From positions 1 through 64,000 of IMG/VR virus record IMGVR_UViG_2773857812_000003: 64,000 bases of DNA. One strand, 5' to 3'. This DNA comes from a virus (lineage: Duplodnaviria > Caudoviricetes). A program made the translations under genes and the position numbers. Below, one piece after another: positions 8,638 to 17,843 of this stretch. A model generated the notes under the pieces. The model was not told where the DNA came from. It did no database searches and was given only the letters and a program-made list of their open reading frames with translations. How positions within the stretch are numbered: position 1 is the stretch's first letter; each line of letters opens with the position of its first letter.

Positions 8638-11036
8638 TACATCCCTCTCCTTCCCATGGCGACGGCCCGCGCGATATCGGCCGAAATCTGTGCTCGCGAC
8701 TGCCGGAAGCTTTCGGCATCGCGGGCGTTGATGTTGATGGTGACGCCGCCCCCGTAACCCGCCGCTTCGCGGCGCGAGAGCACCCGCTCGCCCTTCTGCA
8801 GGATCGCCGGCACCTCGTCCGAGCGCAGCCCGGCCCAGCCGCCGGAATGCATCCGGGGCGCATTGGCGAAGGCCATGGCCGAGACCATGCGAGACGGCGC
8901 TGCACCGCCGACCATGCCGCCGGCATGGAGGATCGGCACATTCAGCCCCGGCATGAAGCCCGACAGAATCCCGGCCAGCGGCCCGAGCAGGAACCGGCGC
9001 GCGCCCAGCTTCGCCATGTCGGCCAGCATCGAGGTCACGAGGTCGTGGAAGTTCAGCTTGCCGGTCTTCACGAACTCGCCGACCGCATTCTCGGCGCTCT
9101 GGAACGCTCCGACCAGCGCGTTGCCGATATCACCGCTGATGTCGCGGGCCTTCTGGGCATAGTCGGAGAGCGGGGCGATAACCGCATCCCAGCCCTGTTT
9201 CGCCTGTTCCGCGCCGTTTGTAGTGTCTTCGCCGGCTTTCTTGCCAGCCGCACCGACCCGGCCCGCAGCGCCACCGGCGCGATCCATGGCACCGGCAACC
9301 CGCTCGGCCGCGCCAGCGGCATCGTCCAGAGCGCTCGCGCCATCCTCGCCCGAGGCGGTGACTGCATCCTTCAGCGCCTGCCAGCTTTCCTGCGGCGCAA
9401 CTGCCGCCGCGCCCAGCGCCTGTGCAGCGTCGAGATGGGCGGAGGCAGCCGCGGCGGCCTGATCGGCAAGATCGCCGAACAGATCCGGCGGTTCGATATA
9501 TGTCCTGTCCCAGGCTGCGCTGAACGCCTCGGCGGCGGCGGAACCTGCATCAGATGCCGATCCCTCGAACGGGTTGTCGATGCGCCCGATGCTGAACGGG
9601 TCCAGAAGGCCGATCTGCGCCCCGCCTTCGCCGACAGCCCATTCCGGCAGCATGGCGAGGGCGGCGTTGATGCCGGAGATGAAACTGTTGATCCGGGTGA
9701 CGACGCCGTTCAGCATCGCCTCGACCCCGGCGATCAACCCGTTCGCCGCCTTGAACGCCAGATCGCCAATGGCATCCGGCAGCAATGCCCAGATCGCCTT
9801 GATCGCCTCAAACCCGCCGTGCCAGACCGCAACATATCGGTCCACGGCGGTGACGCCCCCGGTCACGATCAGGTCGAGCACCGTGAACACATAGGCGCGA
9901 TAGCCATCCCAGGCCGCATTGAGCAGCGCGAACGATGCCTGGAAGGCCAGGACGATGCGCTGGCCGACCTCCTTTGCGACATCGCCTAGCAGCTTGAACG
10001 CCGTGCCGATGCCGCCGACTGATTTGACCAGCGAGGAAAACTGGTAGATCAGCTCGCCCGCCGCCACGATCAGCGCGCCGATGCCGGTGCGGATCAGCGC
10101 CCCCCGCAGCACGGTCAGCGCCGTCGACAGCGAGAAACTCGCGACACGGGCGGCGACAAAAGCCGCCACCCAGCGCCCGGCCATGAAGCCGGCGAAGGCA
10201 ATTGCGACCGAGGCGAGGCGTTCGATATTGTCCGCGACAAGGATCAGCACAGAGGCGACGGTGGAGGAGGCACCCAGAAGCTGATCCCAGCTGCCAACCA
10301 GTTGCAGCGCCGCATTGCCGATCAGCGTGAACGCGTCACCGATGGTGGCCGGCATGGAGTCCGCTTCCTCGCGCAGCAGCTCCAGATTGCCGACCAGCGC
10401 GGTGCGGATCACCTCGCCGGTGATCGCGCCCTGCGTTCCCATCACCCGCAGGCCGGAAACTGTGGTGCCGAGTTCCGCAGCCAGCAGTTCGGCCACCCGG
10501 CCGCCGGTCTGGATTACCGTGTTCAGGTTATCGCCAGACAGGCTGCCCAGCGCCATCGCCTTCGAGAGCGCGTTCTGGACCGAGGCCGCGCGCTCGGCCT
10601 TTGCGCCCGAGACCACCATGGCGTTGTTCAGCGCCTCGGTGAAATCGAGGCTCTCGGCGGTGGAAAGTCCGAGTTCGCGTAGGGCGGTGGCGTTCGAGAG
10701 CCAGCTTTCGGTCGTCTGCTCGATTCCCGAATATGTGCGCCGCGCCATCTGCGCGAGCCGGTCCATGACGGCGGCGCCCTTCTCCTGCGACCCGGTCGCC
10801 AGATCGACCCGCGAGCGCAGATCGGTCCAGGTATCGGCATATTGCGCGACCTGGCGGATGCTGAGCGCGCCAGCCGCGATACCGGCGAGGCGGCGCAACA
10901 TGACGCCGGCCGTGTCCACCTCCTTCGACAGCTTCTGGAAGCTGGCGGCGCCAGCATTGCCGACGCCCTCCAGTTCCGCCCGGACCTGCCGGCCGTTCTC
11001 GGCCACCAGCCGGACGGATACTTTTTTCTCAGCCAT
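8637..11036 (-). CDS. Tape measure protein
   Basis: 799 aa Ala-rich helical protein; tape-measure N-terminal domain; C-terminal HSGG...DEVPAILQKGERV. Confidence 0.9.
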   Translation of the reverse strand: MAEKKVSVRLVAENGRQVRAELEGVGNAGAASFQKLSKEVDTAGVMLRRLAGIAAGALSIRQVAQYADTWTDLRSRVDLATGSQEKGAAVMDRLAQMARRTYSGIEQTTESWLSNATALRELGLSTAESLDFTEALNNAMVVSGAKAERAASVQNALSKAMALGSLSGDNLNTVIQTGGRVAELLAAELGTTVSGLRVMGTQGAITGEVIRTALVGNLELLREEADSMPATIGDAFTLIGNAALQLVGSWDQLLGASSTVASVLILVADNIERLASVAIAFAGFMAGRWVAAFVAARVASFSLSTALTVLRGALIRTGIGALIVAAGELIYQFSSLVKSVGGIGTAFKLLGDVAKEVGQRIVLAFQASFALLNAAWDGYRAYVFTVLDLIVTGGVTAVDRYVAVWHGGFEAIKAIWALLPDAIGDLAFKAANGLIAGVEAMLNGVVTRINSFISGINAALAMLPEWAVGEGGAQIGLLDPFSIGRIDNPFEGSASDAGSAAAEAFSAAWDRTYIEPPDLFGDLADQAAAAASAHLDAAQALGAAAVAPQESWQALKDAVTASGEDGASALDDAAGAAERVAGAMDRAGGAAGRVGAAGKKAGEDTTNGAEQAKQGWDAVIAPLSDYAQKARDISGDIGNALVGAFQSAENAVGEFVKTGKLNFHDLVTSMLADMAKLGARRFLLGPLAGILSGFMPGLNVPILHAGGMVGGAAPSRMVSAMAFANAPRMHSGGWAGLRSDEVPAILQKGERVLSRREAAGYGGGVTININARDAESFRQSRAQISADIARAVAMGRRGM

Positions 11037-11699
11037 CCTGGCGGCCTTCCTCGATCTTCTGGTTGGTCTGGCGGATCATTTCCGCCTCGATCACCGGCAG
11101 CAGTTCCACGACCGCCAGCGGTGCAATGCCAAGGGCGCGGCCCATTTCCAGCGCCGTGCCCATGTCCCAGCCCAGCACCGCGCCGGGGATCGCCCGGACC
11201 TGCCCGCTCAGCCTCCCGGCCAGATCCCAGACCTGCCAGCCCTCTTGCGTTTCGGGACTGTTCAGCCGGGCAGGGCAGTCGGGGCAGTGTCCGGGGCAGG
11301 CTGCGCAATATCGCTCGCCCCCGCCGAAATGCCATTCGGCGAGGGCGCGGAGCCGTTTTTTTCCGCATCCAGCACCAGATAGGGGCCCAGAACCTTTTCC
11401 TGGAAGGCCTCGAACACCGGCCAGATGTTCAAGAGCGCGTCGATGCCTTCGGGCGTCACCGGAAGGTCGATGCCCTCGGCGTCGCCGACGCCCGACCATT
11501 CGGTAATCACCATTCTGGCGACGGCCTGCGCCATGGCCACGGCCAGCACTTCCTTCGGCGCATCCGCGTCGAGGGTATCGAGGGAGACATCGGAGCGCGC
11601 GGCGGCCATGATGGATGTGGTGATCGGGGCGACCCGGATCATCAGCCCCGGCAGCAGATCGATCCAGCGCGGCTCGGTGGTCATGTTCAGTCGGATCAT
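11029..11699 (-). CDS. Tail assembly chaperone, -1 frameshift-extended product (G-T type)
   Basis: Slippery A AAA AAC at 11361..11355 in frame; -1 frame open to 11029, overlapping the TMP start. Confidence 0.75.
11262..11699 (-). CDS. Tail assembly chaperone (G-like)
   Basis: 145 aa between tail tube and TMP; identical protein in prophage 2. Confidence 0.8.
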   Translation of the reverse strand: MIRLNMTTEPRWIDLLPGLMIRVAPITTSIMAAARSDVSLDTLDADAPKEVLAVAMAQAVARMVITEWSGVGDAEGIDLPVTPEGIDALLNIWPVFEAFQEKVLGPYLVLDAEKNGSAPSPNGISAGASDIAQPAPDTAPTALPG

Positions 11700-11702
11700 G
11701 GT

Positions 11703-12647
11703 TCAATATTCCTCGGTGTTGTTGACAAGGGTGATGGTTGCCATGCGCGCCGGGCTGGCGGCCTTCGCCGCCTGCCAGTCGAAGCTGGCCTGAATGCCCT
11801 GCGGCCCGCTGATCTCGACGCGGGGGCGCGGCAGATAGACGGCATGTGCGGTGAAGGTCAGGCTTTCGCCGCTGGTCAGGGTGTATGCGAATTCCAATTC
11901 GCACGGCCCGCCGGCGATGGCCTGGTTCATCAGCACCATATCGGCAAAGCGCAGCTCGATCTGGCCGGTCAGCGCGGCGATGGACGGGTCCGCACCGTCG
12001 ATCATGCCGTCGGCACGAATGGTCTCGATCCGGTCGAGATTGTTGGCATAGGTGATCTGGGCCGAGATCACATTGCCCAGTGCTGTGCCATTGCGCGTGA
12101 TGGCGCCGTTGAAATGCCCGAAGCGGATCAGGTCCAGATCAGCCAGCGTGCCGGCCTGCGAGGTGCTGACGACGGTCTCGCCCTGCGCCACAAGCTGGGC
12201 GCTGGCGGTCAACAGGCCGGAACGCTGCATGGTCCAGCTGAGCTGGTTGACCATGACGCCCGAATACATGGCAAAGCGCGGGATTTCCGGCATGGCGACC
12301 TCAACCGCCATGCTGGGCAGCGTCCAGTTGCCTGAGCGGAATTCATGCGTGTACGGCCCCGGCGCAGCGCCGGTGGTGGTCGGCGCCCCGAACGCCGCCT
12401 TCAGCCAGAAGCCGAACGCCTCGGCGTCGATCGGCACGGTCAGATCGCCATCGGCGGTGATCGCATCCTTGACCGGAGCCAGCGGATCGCGACCATAGCC
12501 CAGCAGCTCGGACGAGAGCAGCGGCTGCTCGGCGCTCAGTGTCGAGGAGGCGAAGGGCAGGCGGGTGAATCCGCTGGCCGGGGCGGTGCCATAAACAGTC
12601 TCGAACGCAGCCGCGAGTTGCGACCGCGCACCTTGGGCGCGTGCCAT
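11703..12647 (-). CDS. Phage tail tube protein
   Basis: MARAQGARSQL...FETVYGT, SELLGYGRDP; position before chaperone. Confidence 0.88.
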   Translation of the reverse strand: MARAQGARSQLAAAFETVYGTAPASGFTRLPFASSTLSAEQPLLSSELLGYGRDPLAPVKDAITADGDLTVPIDAEAFGFWLKAAFGAPTTTGAAPGPYTHEFRSGNWTLPSMAVEVAMPEIPRFAMYSGVMVNQLSWTMQRSGLLTASAQLVAQGETVVSTSQAGTLADLDLIRFGHFNGAITRNGTALGNVISAQITYANNLDRIETIRADGMIDGADPSIAALTGQIELRFADMVLMNQAIAGGPCELEFAYTLTSGESLTFTAHAVYLPRPRVEISGPQGIQASFDWQAAKAASPARMATITLVNNTEEY

Positions 12648-12722
12648 GATGGACTCCTCTCTATTAACTGATTTCTGGCGACGGACTTGCCATCAGGCCT
12701 CAACTCGGGGCATGGGCTGGCC

Positions 12723-13136
12723 ATGAGTACGCGTCGCCAATTCCTGTTCATCGCCATTGCCACCCTGATCGGGTTTGTCTCACTGGCGCCGCCGGTGGTC
12801 GCCGATGCGACGCGCCCGGCCATTCTTGAGGCGCGGGTCAGCAAGATCATCGATGGCGATACATTCACGCTCAGCGGCCATTCGCGGCGCATCCGCGTCT
12901 GGGGTCTGGATGCACCGGAATGGAACCGTCCCGGTGGATCGGACGCCACGGCTGCATTGCGCGGGCTTATTTCGGGCAAGACCCTGCGTTGCCAGGTCCG
13001 CGATATCGACCGCTATGGTCGCTATGTCGGGCAGTGTTTCCTGCCCGATGGCCGCGATATCACCGCCGAGATGATCCAGATGGGCGTCGCCCGCGAATAT
13101 TGCCGTTTCTCGCGCAACCATTACGGAAGTTGCTGA
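12723..13136 (+). CDS. Thermonuclease (SNase-like) with Tat-like signal peptide
   Basis: IIDGDTF, RIRVWGLDAPE, DIDRYGR motifs; N terminus STRRQFL plus hydrophobic stretch. Confidence 0.88.
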   Translation: MSTRRQFLFIAIATLIGFVSLAPPVVADATRPAILEARVSKIIDGDTFTLSGHSRRIRVWGLDAPEWNRPGGSDATAALRGLISGKTLRCQVRDIDRYGRYVGQCFLPDGRDITAEMIQMGVAREYCRFSRNHYGSC

Positions 13137-13149
13137 TCGCAGCCCGCTG

Positions 13150-13971
13150 CTATTGCAATGGCGGCTTGACCAACGCGGCCAGTTTGGTGAGGCCCTTGGC
13201 GGTCACCCGCACCTGCTCGGTGACCTTTTCCGAACCATCGGCGCGCAAAACCGTGGTGATCCTGTGCTCGAGCAGGCTGGTCGCGGTCTTGCTGTGGTAG
13301 CCGAGAAAGCTCGCGCCGCCCGGGCGCTTGTAGATCCAGCCATTTTCCTGCAGCCAGAGAAACAGGTCTTTCGGGCGCATCTGCAGAAGCTTGGCGGCGT
13401 TGGTGATGCAGAATGACCCATCCGCCTGCGCGATCCGGTCCAGCTTCTCCTGTGCGGGCAGCAGCGCCTGCACTTTCTCCTGAAGCTGCTCGTTCTTCTC
13501 GTTGTAGCTGAGCAGCAGCGCGCGCAACTGCGCCGGATCGTTGAGGTCGATTGCCGATGAGCGGTTTCGCAGATCGTGCTCGAGCGCATTGAAGGCGGCG
13601 ATATAACGCAGCTTCCATTTCAGGGCCTTGGCGCCGGTAAAACCCATGGCCAACAGCGTGAAGCCGTCACGGGTCATGTCGAACGCCCGCGACGGGATCG
13701 GTGCGCCGCCACTGGGGTTTTCGCGCTCATGGACCGTCTGCGCAAAAATGGGCAGACGGTCGTAGGCGCCCGTGTGCCCCGGCGCGGCGCCCTGCAGAGG
13801 ATCCCTGACCAATGCCGGCTCCTGCTCGATCAGGTTGTCGATTGCCCGCGTCACGTCCCGGTGGTTCTTTCCAAAGAAGGCAGCAACGTCCCGGCTGCTG
13901 GCAAAAACCTCTCCCTCCCTCTCGAACACGACCGGCTGGGGTGGGGTTTCGATCGCAAGACTGGTGCTCAT
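13150..13971 (-). CDS. Rha family regulator fused to antirepressor KilAC/ANT domain
   Basis: SSRDVAAFFGKNHRDV, MTRDGFTLLAMGFTG (Rha); ITNAAKLL...VRVTAKG (KilAC). Confidence 0.85.
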   Translation of the reverse strand: MSTSLAIETPPQPVVFEREGEVFASSRDVAAFFGKNHRDVTRAIDNLIEQEPALVRDPLQGAAPGHTGAYDRLPIFAQTVHERENPSGGAPIPSRAFDMTRDGFTLLAMGFTGAKALKWKLRYIAAFNALEHDLRNRSSAIDLNDPAQLRALLLSYNEKNEQLQEKVQALLPAQEKLDRIAQADGSFCITNAAKLLQMRPKDLFLWLQENGWIYKRPGGASFLGYHSKTATSLLEHRITTVLRADGSEKVTEQVRVTAKGLTKLAALVKPPLQ

Positions 13972-14053
13972 TTCTTTCTCCTGATGTTCGATTCGGGCCG
14001 GGGATTCGGCCTGAATCAGACAGGCACATCCGCCCAACCGGCGGCGCGGCGCG

Positions 14054-14087
14054 GACCGGCGCGGCAAGGCCGGATTCCGCGCCGGTC
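14054..14087. promoter_or_regulatory. 9-16-9 inverted repeat, copy A
   Basis: GACCGGCGC-N16-GCGCCGGTC, same arms and spacing as 30064 and 32227. Confidence 0.65.
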
Positions 14088-14103
14088 TTGCTTTGTTCGC
14101 ATC

Positions 14104-14529
14104 TCAACCCAGCGGATCGTTGCTGGTGTAATGCAGGGTGAGGATCAGCACCGCCGCCTTGATGGACGGGGCGCCCTCGACCGCCAGATCGGCAGGTTCG
14201 GGCGCGTCGGTCTCGATCCAGTCGCAAAGCCCGCCCAGTGTCCGGTCGGCGGCGATCACTTGCCCGACCCGTTCAGCCAGCGCGTCAAACGCCAGCTCCA
14301 GACCGGAGGATCCGCGAATGAAGACCTCGATCTCGGCCCGGTGCTGCCAGTGATAGCGCAGCGGCGAGAGGGTCACTTCCGCCTCGCCCGGCGTTCCGTC
14401 GCGCAGGATCAGCAGCCCGGCGGCGGGGATGCGCTCAGGCAGGACCTCATTGCGTTGCACAACGACGCCGCCGATGCCCTGCAGGAGGGTGAACAGGGAC
14501 GACAGAACCTCTTCGCGCCTGGTGGTCAT
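14104..14529 (-). CDS. Tail terminator/completion protein
   Basis: RNEVLPERIP, DRTLGGLCDW; position upstream of tail tube; homolog at 59839. Confidence 0.75.
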   Translation of the reverse strand: MTTRREEVLSSLFTLLQGIGGVVVQRNEVLPERIPAAGLLILRDGTPGEAEVTLSPLRYHWQHRAEIEVFIRGSSGLELAFDALAERVGQVIAADRTLGGLCDWIETDAPEPADLAVEGAPSIKAAVLILTLHYTSNDPLG

Positions 14530-15146
14530 GTGCGTTCCCAACGAGAGACGATTGCGCCCGGCAGGGATGCCAGAGCGGCATTGGCCGGCTTTTCAAGATC
14601 CAGCCGCTTCTTCAGCCTGACCTGCGGCACCAGCAGAAAGATCGGCACCGAGGCGAGGCCGCGCCCGGTTCTGGACCGGGACACGGCCGCCCGACCGTGC
14701 TTGGTCAGCCGCGCCTCGGCGACCAGCAGGCTGGGGCCGGTTCGGCGATAGACGAAGATCAGCCGCAGCCCGGTGCGCGCCTCCCATTCGCCCGGCGTCG
14801 GGCGCTTGCCGCTGCGGCTCTTTCCGGCTGCCTCAAGCGGGATCGCCAGCCAGAACCCGCCCTTTGAGCGGATCAGCGGCCCGGTGTCATGGGCGTTCAC
14901 GATCACCGGGGCGCGGGTCCAGACCATCGACGCGGCATTCATGCTGTGCCGCCCCTTGGGCCAGATCTCCGAGCGGATGGTCCGGGCCAGCCGCTGGCCG
15001 AGGCCCGCGCTGGTGATCTGCCCCCGCCATGCGTCCTTGAGCGCGATCCCGGCATCGCGGATCCCGAAATGCACCGCCTTCTCGCCGGCCTTGACCTCAT
15101 CGGCCATCAGCCTGGCGATATTGGTGATGTCCGCGCGCAGCTTCAT
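14526..15146 (-). CDS. Neck/tail-completion protein (DUF6441-like)
   Basis: WRGQITSAGLG, HDTGPLIRS, VPIFLLVPQV; basic; homolog at 61630. Confidence 0.75.
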   Translation of the reverse strand: MKLRADITNIARLMADEVKAGEKAVHFGIRDAGIALKDAWRGQITSAGLGQRLARTIRSEIWPKGRHSMNAASMVWTRAPVIVNAHDTGPLIRSKGGFWLAIPLEAAGKSRSGKRPTPGEWEARTGLRLIFVYRRTGPSLLVAEARLTKHGRAAVSRSRTGRGLASVPIFLLVPQVRLKKRLDLEKPANAALASLPGAIVSRWERT

Positions 15147-15457
15147 ACGGGCCTCAGATCGAGGGTCACGACCAGCCGTTCGCGGTCGCGGATCGGCTCG
15201 CCCTGCACCTCGAAGGTCTCGACGCCGATCACGATGCGGTCGCCGGGCTGGATCGACGGGGTTTCAGCCGCCATCACATCGATGCGGAGGGTTTCCGACC
15301 AGATGCGCGCGCCGCCATAGCTGGTCACCTCGTCAGGTGCCTTGCGGATGGCGCGAATGGTGCTGCCGGGCGGAACCCCGCCCGGCAACCATGTCGCGTC
15401 CACCGCCATGTGGGGATCGGTGAAGATCCGGGTCACGGCGGCGGCAAAGGCATTCAT
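15143..15457 (-). CDS. Head-tail joining protein
   Basis: 104 aa, PGDRIVIG...QGEPIRDRERL; homolog at 62265. Confidence 0.75.
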   Translation of the reverse strand: MNAFAAAVTRIFTDPHMAVDATWLPGGVPPGSTIRAIRKAPDEVTSYGGARIWSETLRIDVMAAETPSIQPGDRIVIGVETFEVQGEPIRDRERLVVTLDLRPV

Positions 15458-15459
15458 GG

Positions 15460-15798
15460 TCAGGCCGTGACGCCAGCGCCATTCAGGCGCACCCGACCGA
15501 TCGTCTCATTGGCCGTTCCTCCGACGGCCTGCACCGCCACGCCGATCAGCGTGTTGGTTGAAGCGACATTCGTGCAGGCGCTTCCGGTCCAGTAGATCAG
15601 CGCGCCGACCGTCCAGGCCTGGGACGCGGTCTTCGGCAGATCATAGACGCCAGTGAGGTTGATCACGCCTTCCGCGCCATTGGCGATGGGGCCGGTGGCA
15701 ACGCCGAAGATCGAGCCGATCAGAACGCCTGCGCCCGAGGCGATATCCGCCTCGGCGGTGATGGTGAGCGTGTTGCCCGCTGCGATGAAGTTTTTCAT
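15460..15798 (-). CDS. DUF2190-type capsid cement/decoration protein
   Basis: MKNFI..G, GVA, GVYDLPK, VRLNG; follows capsid gene. Confidence 0.8.
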   Translation of the reverse strand: MKNFIAAGNTLTITAEADIASGAGVLIGSIFGVATGPIANGAEGVINLTGVYDLPKTASQAWTVGALIYWTGSACTNVASTNTLIGVAVQAVGGTANETIGRVRLNGAGVTA

Positions 15799-15854
15799 GG
15801 GCTTTCTCCAGATGAAGTGTTGTTGCCCTGACCCGCGCGGGGTCGAGGGTCAGA

Positions 15855-17840
15855 TCACGCGAGGCCGGGATTCTTGTAGAGACCGCGCCAGTCGATGGCC
15901 TTGGCGCCGAAATCGTGGCGGGCCTTGAACTCGATGCCATCGACCTCGAAGCCGACCCGATGCTCGGTATAGAGACCCTCCTGACCCGCCAGATAGGCGT
16001 ATTCAACCGCGCCGAAGGCCGGATCGGTCGCGGCGAACCACGGATCGGGACCGGCGGTATTCACCAGCCGGATTTCCTCGACCACCGAGAAGCGGTTCGA
16101 ATAGGGATTCACCTCGGCCGTGCTGCCGGGCGTGGTCGCGGCGAGTTGCTTGTAGATTTCAACCATGCGTTTTCCGGGCGGCACGATGATGTTGCGCGGC
16201 AGAACGGTGATCGCTCGGCCGTCGATATCCTTCTGCACCGCGAAAGCGCGCAGCATTGCGGTCAGGGACTCCTCGGTGATCGCCGCCGCAGTGCCGAGGT
16301 TGCCGTGATTGGCATGGAACAGTGCGGTTCCGTCGCCCATGGCGGGGTTCGACAGCAGGATCGAATAGAGGATATCCGATTCAAGGTTCGCGGCCGAGGC
16401 ACCGAAGGACTGGACGACCCGGTCAAAGGCGCGCAGGTCATCGTTGATCAGCATCTGCCGGCTGAAGCCGATAATGCGGCCGTAGGTGGCGATCGCATAG
16501 CTTTCCTTGCCCTCGGTCGCGGTGCCATAGGTGAATTCGCCGCCTTCCGGCACCTTGACCAGATCGGGGGCGTTGCCGATCTGCAGGCGGTCAACGGGCC
16601 GGAAATCCCGCACCGTCACCCGCGTGGACCATGCCCCGAAGGTGCGCGGGGTGGCGTCATAGGCCGCGCGCAGCGTCCGGTTGACCACGCTACTGAGGAT
16701 CGCCGGGAAGTCTCCGGTGCTGTGGTAGCCTGCCGAGCGCATGCCCATGGCGAAACCCGCGATCTCCATATCGGGCATGGCGGCGGTGTTGACGCCGGCG
16801 CGCTCGACGGCATGGCGGGCCAGGTCCATCAGGCTGCGGAACGCGAACTCCCGCGATTGCGGCGACACCGAATGCAGCGACGGCGCCGCCCGGTGCATGA
16901 TCGCGTCGGCAACCGCATCGCGATAGGCGGCATCGCCGGTGCCACGCGCCTGCGCGGGGGCCAGTTCGACCGTGCGGCCCAGCGGGTTTGCATCGCCCAG
17001 CGCGTCGAGAACCGCCTCGCGGGCGGCATTGATCGAGACGCCGCGTGCGATCAGGTCGTTGGCAAGGTCAGAGCCAAGATCATGCCGGGCGCAGAGCGTC
17101 ATGATGGTGCTGACGCGGCTGCGTTCTTCCGCGCGGATGCTTTCCGCGTCGGGCGCGGCCGGGGCGGCTTGCGGGATGGCAGGGGTTTGCGCGGGGGCGG
17201 GGGTGTTGCGGGTTTCATCAACACCCGCCGCAATGGTGTCTTCAGGCATGTTTCGTCCTTTCGTGGTGATCGCGCAGGGGAATTGCCGGGCGTCACTCGG
17301 CCCGATCCCGGCGCGCATGCCGGCGCCGGGATCGGCGCCGATGGCGACGGCAGAGATTTCAAGCGGCTCCCAATCGACCGCGCGATAGAGCGCGCGCTGG
17401 CCGCCATCGGTGCGGTCGGCTTTCGCCACCCGCTCAAAGCGATGGACACGGTATCCGACCGAGACATTGCGGATGATCCCGGCCTTGATGTCGCGCCAGA
17501 TCGGCTCGACCTCATCGCGCTCCGACAGGCGGATTCGGGCAAAGCCCTGGCCGCCCTCGATGCGGATCGAGCCATTCTCGACCACGCCGAGAATGTCGGC
17601 CAGGCGGTGGGACGCATGCGAATTCAGGAACGGCGCACCGGCGTTCAGGCGATCCAGCCGCATCGCGTTGGGCGAGACGACCAGTTCCTCGTCGAACTCC
17701 TCGTCGCGCGCCCAGGAATAGCGCCGCACCTGCGCGCCGGTGGTCCAGAGAACCTCGAATGTGCGCGAGGCGTCATCGACGGATTGCATTGTGCCGGCCC
17801 GCCCGATCACGGGCAGGTCGAGGATTTCCTCATTCTCCAT
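15855..17840 (-). CDS. Prohead protease / major capsid protein fusion
   Basis: N-terminal protease motifs (PFLNSH, VSVGY, EISAVAIGAD), linker, C-terminal capsid domain (TGDFPAIL, INDDL, RHDFGA). Confidence 0.88.
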   Translation of the reverse strand: MENEEILDLPVIGRAGTMQSVDDASRTFEVLWTTGAQVRRYSWARDEEFDEELVVSPNAMRLDRLNAGAPFLNSHASHRLADILGVVENGSIRIEGGQGFARIRLSERDEVEPIWRDIKAGIIRNVSVGYRVHRFERVAKADRTDGGQRALYRAVDWEPLEISAVAIGADPGAGMRAGIGPSDARQFPCAITTKGRNMPEDTIAAGVDETRNTPAPAQTPAIPQAAPAAPDAESIRAEERSRVSTIMTLCARHDLGSDLANDLIARGVSINAAREAVLDALGDANPLGRTVELAPAQARGTGDAAYRDAVADAIMHRAAPSLHSVSPQSREFAFRSLMDLARHAVERAGVNTAAMPDMEIAGFAMGMRSAGYHSTGDFPAILSSVVNRTLRAAYDATPRTFGAWSTRVTVRDFRPVDRLQIGNAPDLVKVPEGGEFTYGTATEGKESYAIATYGRIIGFSRQMLINDDLRAFDRVVQSFGASAANLESDILYSILLSNPAMGDGTALFHANHGNLGTAAAITEESLTAMLRAFAVQKDIDGRAITVLPRNIIVPPGKRMVEIYKQLAATTPGSTAEVNPYSNRFSVVEEIRLVNTAGPDPWFAATDPAFGAVEYAYLAGQEGLYTEHRVGFEVDGIEFKARHDFGAKAIDWRGLYKNPGLA

Positions 17841-17843
17841 GTT

